From an uncultured Solirubrobacterales bacterium (lineage in GTDB: Bacteria; Actinomycetota; Thermoleophilia; Solirubrobacterales; Solirubrobacteraceae), in the NCBI GenBank assembly GCA_963723045.1, contig CAVROU010000001.1, forward strand, positions 45,216 through 109,215: a DNA stretch of 64,000 bases, given 5' to 3'. The translations under genes were made by a program, and so were the position numbers. Below, piece by piece: positions 60,347 through 64,000 of this stretch. The stretch's first letter is position 1; every line of letters begins with the position of its first letter. The notes beneath the pieces were generated by a model. It was not told where the DNA came from, searched no databases, and was given only the letters and a program-made list of their open reading frames with translations.

Positions 60347-62832
60347 CGCCGCTCGATCCTTCTGTACGGCCGGCTGCGCGCCTCTCGGCTGGCCTTCATC
60401 GCCTTCCTGTGCTTGCGTCTGCCCTTTTTGACCTTGGGCTTGGTCTTCGTCTTGGGCTTCGCCTTCGGCAAGGGCGTCGCCGGGGAGGGCGCGATCGGCA
60501 GGCCCAGTTCTGCCGGCTGCAGCGCGCTGCCGGCTTCCGGCAGTGCCGGGGTCGAGCCGAGGGCGCCACGGCATTCTTCTTCGTCCGAGCAGGACGGAGG
60601 GCTTGCGGCGGGTGAAATCCCGCCGTCCACGCGCGCGTCGTAGATGTCCTGCTGGGTGTCCGTGTCCTGGCTTACGAGGGGGTCTGATGTGGTGAAGAAC
60701 ACGTTGTCGCCGGTCAGGTCCGAGCCGAGCAGGAGCACGCCGACATGGGAGTGGACGGTCGATTCGTCATGGCCGTCGGAGATCAGGTAGACGTTCCCGG
60801 CGCGGTACTCATAGACGTTCGGCTCCGGTTCGCCGCGCGTATCCGTCTGATCGTTGAGCGCGTGCGGCGTCAGAGCGTCCGGGCTGGTGAAGAACACCGC
60901 GCCTTCCTGCGGCGCCAGCACCCCGTCAACCTGCGTCGGCGAGTCATGATGCGAGTAGCTATACGACGCGGGTGGCCCGATTGCGATCGCGGCGCCGTTC
61001 GCCGGGGTGCGATTGTCGTTGCCATAGCCGTCCTGTCCGACCGAGGCGCGCAGGAGCGCTTCCGTCCCTGCGTCGTACTGGAAGACCTGCTCCTCACCGG
61101 CTGTCACATCTTCGCGCGTGAGGTCTGCGACGCTGGTGAAAACGAGGTACAGACCTTCCCAGGAAGCCTGCACCTGCCGATCGTCGGCGCGCGCCCAGTC
61201 CGCGTCTTCGTCGCTCGGTGAGAGCGCCGCGATGAACGACGTATGCCCTTCGGGGAACCGCGCGTCGCGCTCGTACACATACAGGTTGTCTCCACCGGCG
61301 AGGGGTTCCTGGCCTTCCGCGTTCTTGCCGGTCAGCCTGCCCTTCGCGACGAAGTAGACGTGCGAGCCGTCCTCGGAGATGCGCGCTACGCCCTGCACTC
61401 TGGCCCCCTGCGGTTCGGCGCCGCCACCGGACACCAGGACGAGCTTCTGAGTCAACGTCTGCCCCGAGCCGCTGAGCTCATCCTCATAGAGGTTGCACCC
61501 CCCCGATTCCACCGTCCGCGCGCACCCGCGTTCTTCGTGAGATGGAGGTCCGACGCTTACGGCGCTGTCTGCGCCCGCGCTGTCTTCGCTCGCCCCTTCC
61601 AGGAGCTTCTGCGTGCTCGTGAAGAACACCTTCGATCCGTCGTTCGAGGCGCCCTCGAAATTAGCGTCGGCGCACGCCGGCGACAGCGCTTCCGGACACG
61701 ATATGGGGACCGTATGCATTTCCGGCGAGCCCGAGCCCGGCATGGGTGTTTCTTCCCTGGCGAACAGCTCGTCCCCCTCGGGCTGTTCGGCGCCACACGG
61801 CTGATCGTCTATGCCAACCGCCGTAAAGAAGATCCTTTCGCCGCTCGCGGAGATGGCGTTGTACATCGATCCCCTCGGAACTTGTTCCTTGGGGTTGGTT
61901 GTACTGGAGCCCAGACGTGTCCCGCAGTCGCTCACGAGCTTACCGTCTTCGACCACCCCCACCAGCGATGGGCCTACGTGACCTGTACCCACGTACTCGT
62001 ATAGCGTGCTTGCTTCCCCAACCGTTTCGTCGAACGGCCACCGAAAGCCCGCCTGCGTCGAGAAGAGAACGCGGGAGAGGTCGGCCGATCCGCCGATGTA
62101 TGTGTACTGTGCGCTACCCGTCGTTTCTTCGTTGGACTCGCACGGTTCGGGCGTGGCGGGCCCGACTCTGACGAAAGTGCCAGCTGGTCCCTCGTGATAG
62201 AGGTCGGTCACGCCTTCGGGCTGCAGTTCTTCTCCGCCTTCGCTCGCGGGACACTGCGTTGCTTCCGGCGGAACGCCGGGCGGAGTAATCCGGTGCCTGC
62301 CGAGCTCCCACAGCGTGGTGGTGAGGTCGGCGCTTGCGTCGAACACGCCGTTGCTCCGAAACATGGACCTCGGCGGATCGAGCGACACCGCCGTCCAGCT
62401 CGCCGGCTGGGCCGATGTGCGTGAGAGCTCATACGTCGCGCCCAACAGGCTGGTCCCATCGCCGAGCCCGTCGCCCGCCGCGCCCGGGAGGACGCCGAGG
62501 CTCGATCCGAGCAGATGCGACCCATCCTGCGACACGGCGAACACGGCACTCAGGTACTGGCCCTCCTTGTACGCGGGTGTGACGAGTTCATACGCTCGGC
62601 AGTCGGGCAACTGTCCGGAATGCAGTTCGGAGCGCAGAGCTTCGTTCGGGCATACGCCAGTTGACTCCGGCATGGCTGGTGACGCCTCCGCTGCTGGTGT
62701 CCCGCCAAGAATAATGAGGACGCAAACAGTTGGCATGCAAACACGCGAAGTTGCCACGCAAATACTTGAGATCCACCCTCGCATATCTTTTTTATAGCCG
62801 ATAAGTTTCGCAGCATGGCTCTTGTTTCTCAC
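60343..62832 (-). CDS. Secreted WD40/TolB-like propeller protein with Lys-rich tail (start uncertain)
   Basis: LPDCRAYELVTP, repeated S.DG..VFF units, QDIYDAR. Confidence 0.82.
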   Translation of the reverse strand: MRNKSHAAKLIGYKKDMRGWISSICVATSRVCMPTVCVLIILGGTPAAEASPAMPESTGVCPNEALRSELHSGQLPDCRAYELVTPAYKEGQYLSAVFAVSQDGSHLLGSSLGVLPGAAGDGLGDGTSLLGATYELSRTSAQPASWTAVSLDPPRSMFRSNGVFDASADLTTTLWELGRHRITPPGVPPEATQCPASEGGEELQPEGVTDLYHEGPAGTFVRVGPATPEPCESNEETTGSAQYTYIGGSADLSRVLFSTQAGFRWPFDETVGEASTLYEYVGTGHVGPSLVGVVEDGKLVSDCGTRLGSSTTNPKEQVPRGSMYNAISASGERIFFTAVGIDDQPCGAEQPEGDELFAREETPMPGSGSPEMHTVPISCPEALSPACADANFEGASNDGSKVFFTSTQKLLEGASEDSAGADSAVSVGPPSHEERGCARTVESGGCNLYEDELSGSGQTLTQKLVLVSGGGAEPQGARVQGVARISEDGSHVYFVAKGRLTGKNAEGQEPLAGGDNLYVYERDARFPEGHTSFIAALSPSDEDADWARADDRQVQASWEGLYLVFTSVADLTREDVTAGEEQVFQYDAGTEALLRASVGQDGYGNDNRTPANGAAIAIGPPASYSYSHHDSPTQVDGVLAPQEGAVFFTSPDALTPHALNDQTDTRGEPEPNVYEYRAGNVYLISDGHDESTVHSHVGVLLLGSDLTGDNVFFTTSDPLVSQDTDTQQDIYDARVDGGISPAASPPSCSDEEECRGALGSTPALPEAGSALQPAELGLPIAPSPATPLPKAKPKTKTKPKVKKGRRKHRKAMKASREARSRPYRRIERR

Positions 62833-62906
62833 CCGATGGTCGATTGAGACACTTTTTCGGACGATTTGGCGGGGCCGCGAGAGTTCTCGCGGCCCCGGTG
62901 CGTCAC

Positions 62907-63722
62907 CTATTTTTCGAAGATGGCGATTTCTTGTCCGCCGACGATTTCTGAGTTTATACTGCCTGTTAGAGTTGATGGATTACCGCCAAACGCGAGTCCT
63001 ATTTCTTGTGTGCTTGCGACTTCTTTTCCATTCCACCAATGTTGGTCTTTCCATCCGGGGAAGGTGGTTGTCAGGCTGGTCTTCCATTCTTCCAGGTTTT
63101 CTGGAGTTAGTATTACGGATTGGCTTTCCTTGACTTCAAATGTACCTGCAATGATACCGCAGCCAGCGCCGGAGAGTGTAATTGTGGTAAATGTTCCTTT
63201 AGGTAGTTCCGCGGATCCTTCTTTGAGTTCGAGCGGGAGAAAGACGCCGTCCACTTTTTGTCCTAGTTTTTTTTGCGATTCTGTTTGTTTCAACTGTTTC
63301 TGTGTGCCGTCCCATTTCCACATGAGGTGCCCAAAGGTGGATGAGACTTCATTGTTTGTTCCGACTTTTACTTCACATTCTTTTAGTTCTGGTTTGACGA
63401 GTTTTGGATGGTGGTACACCAGCAGTACTTTGATTTGTCCCTGCAGGGCGTTGTTGTAGATGATGCCTTTTGCTTGGACGGCTTCGGAGGTGATTTCGAC
63501 TTTTGTTCCGGCGAGTGTTCCGTTCAAGATCTGCGTGCCGCCGTTGCCTTGGAATTCTTCTGGCGATTTTGCTTCGATTTTTTCGCCTTCGCCTTTACCG
63601 CCTGCGACCCTGTGATGCCAGAACGGCCCTGGGGACGCGTTCGCGGTCGAAGCCCCGAGGGACCCCACCGCAAGCAGCGCTAGAAACCCGAGCAAGATGG
63701 CCCTAGTTCGATTGATAGACAC
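62907..63722 (-). CDS. Secreted hypothetical protein (paralog of 17888-19246)
   Basis: AAGGAG RBS plus GTG start; signal peptide; shared sequence blocks; low GC. Confidence 0.82.
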   Translation of the reverse strand: MSINRTRAILLGFLALLAVGSLGASTANASPGPFWHHRVAGGKGEGEKIEAKSPEEFQGNGGTQILNGTLAGTKVEITSEAVQAKGIIYNNALQGQIKVLLVYHHPKLVKPELKECEVKVGTNNEVSSTFGHLMWKWDGTQKQLKQTESQKKLGQKVDGVFLPLELKEGSAELPKGTFTTITLSGAGCGIIAGTFEVKESQSVILTPENLEEWKTSLTTTFPGWKDQHWWNGKEVASTQEIGLAFGGNPSTLTGSINSEIVGGQEIAIFEK

Positions 63723-63879
63723 TATGTTGCTCCTTTTTTGTCTGCGCCCCGTCAACCGGGGCATTGCGAGTGCCGTCGACAGGCCTCAACGCGGGAGCCA
63801 GCCGCGCGGCGCTCATATCCGTGTCTTCGTGAGACCCTTGGAACTTCCGTTGAACCCAACTGCTTGAAGACATGGGTTC

Positions 63880-63907
63880 ATTATGCGGACGGCCGCGCGA
63901 AGGTCAA
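63880..63907 (-). promoter_or_regulatory. Sigma70-type promoter
   Basis: TTGACC-N16-CATAAT on the minus strand. Confidence 0.5.
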
Positions 63908-64000
63908 CCTCAGCGCATCGGAAGGCTCCTGCCAGCCTCGGCTCGGCTCGCGATCACCGGCGCTGGGGCGTAGAAAACCCTGTGATAGTAGGGATCTGCA

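Overview
High-GC actinobacterial DNA; gene style suggests Thermoleophilia/Solirubrobacterales, which is an inference. (1) 1-8.5 kb is a decaying mobile/defence island. It holds two apparently identical, inverted IS481 copies, tandem XRE cassettes, and truncated nuclease and integrase relics. It also holds a Dam-family methyltransferase coupled to a PD-(D/E)xK-like/DGQHR/HEPN-motif protein that one IS481 has split. (2) 8.7-27 kb carries accessory metabolic, regulatory and secreted-protein genes. (3) 27.3-38 kb is a tRNA-Val(CAC) integration hotspot: an intact tRNA, separated 3' and 5' half copies, an integrase whose stop codon lies inside the tRNA, two toxin-antitoxin-like pairs and iteron-like repeats. 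(4) 38-46.3 kb is core genome: FKBP, a large Alu-type SRP RNA, dnaX-ybaB-recR and aspartate kinase. (5) 46.6-64 kb is a cell-envelope region with sugar transferases, an ECF sigma factor with an Asn-rich partner, and coupled large secreted proteins with Lys-rich tails. Several 1-bp frameshifts may be sequencing errors. All family assignments come from motif recognition, not database searches.
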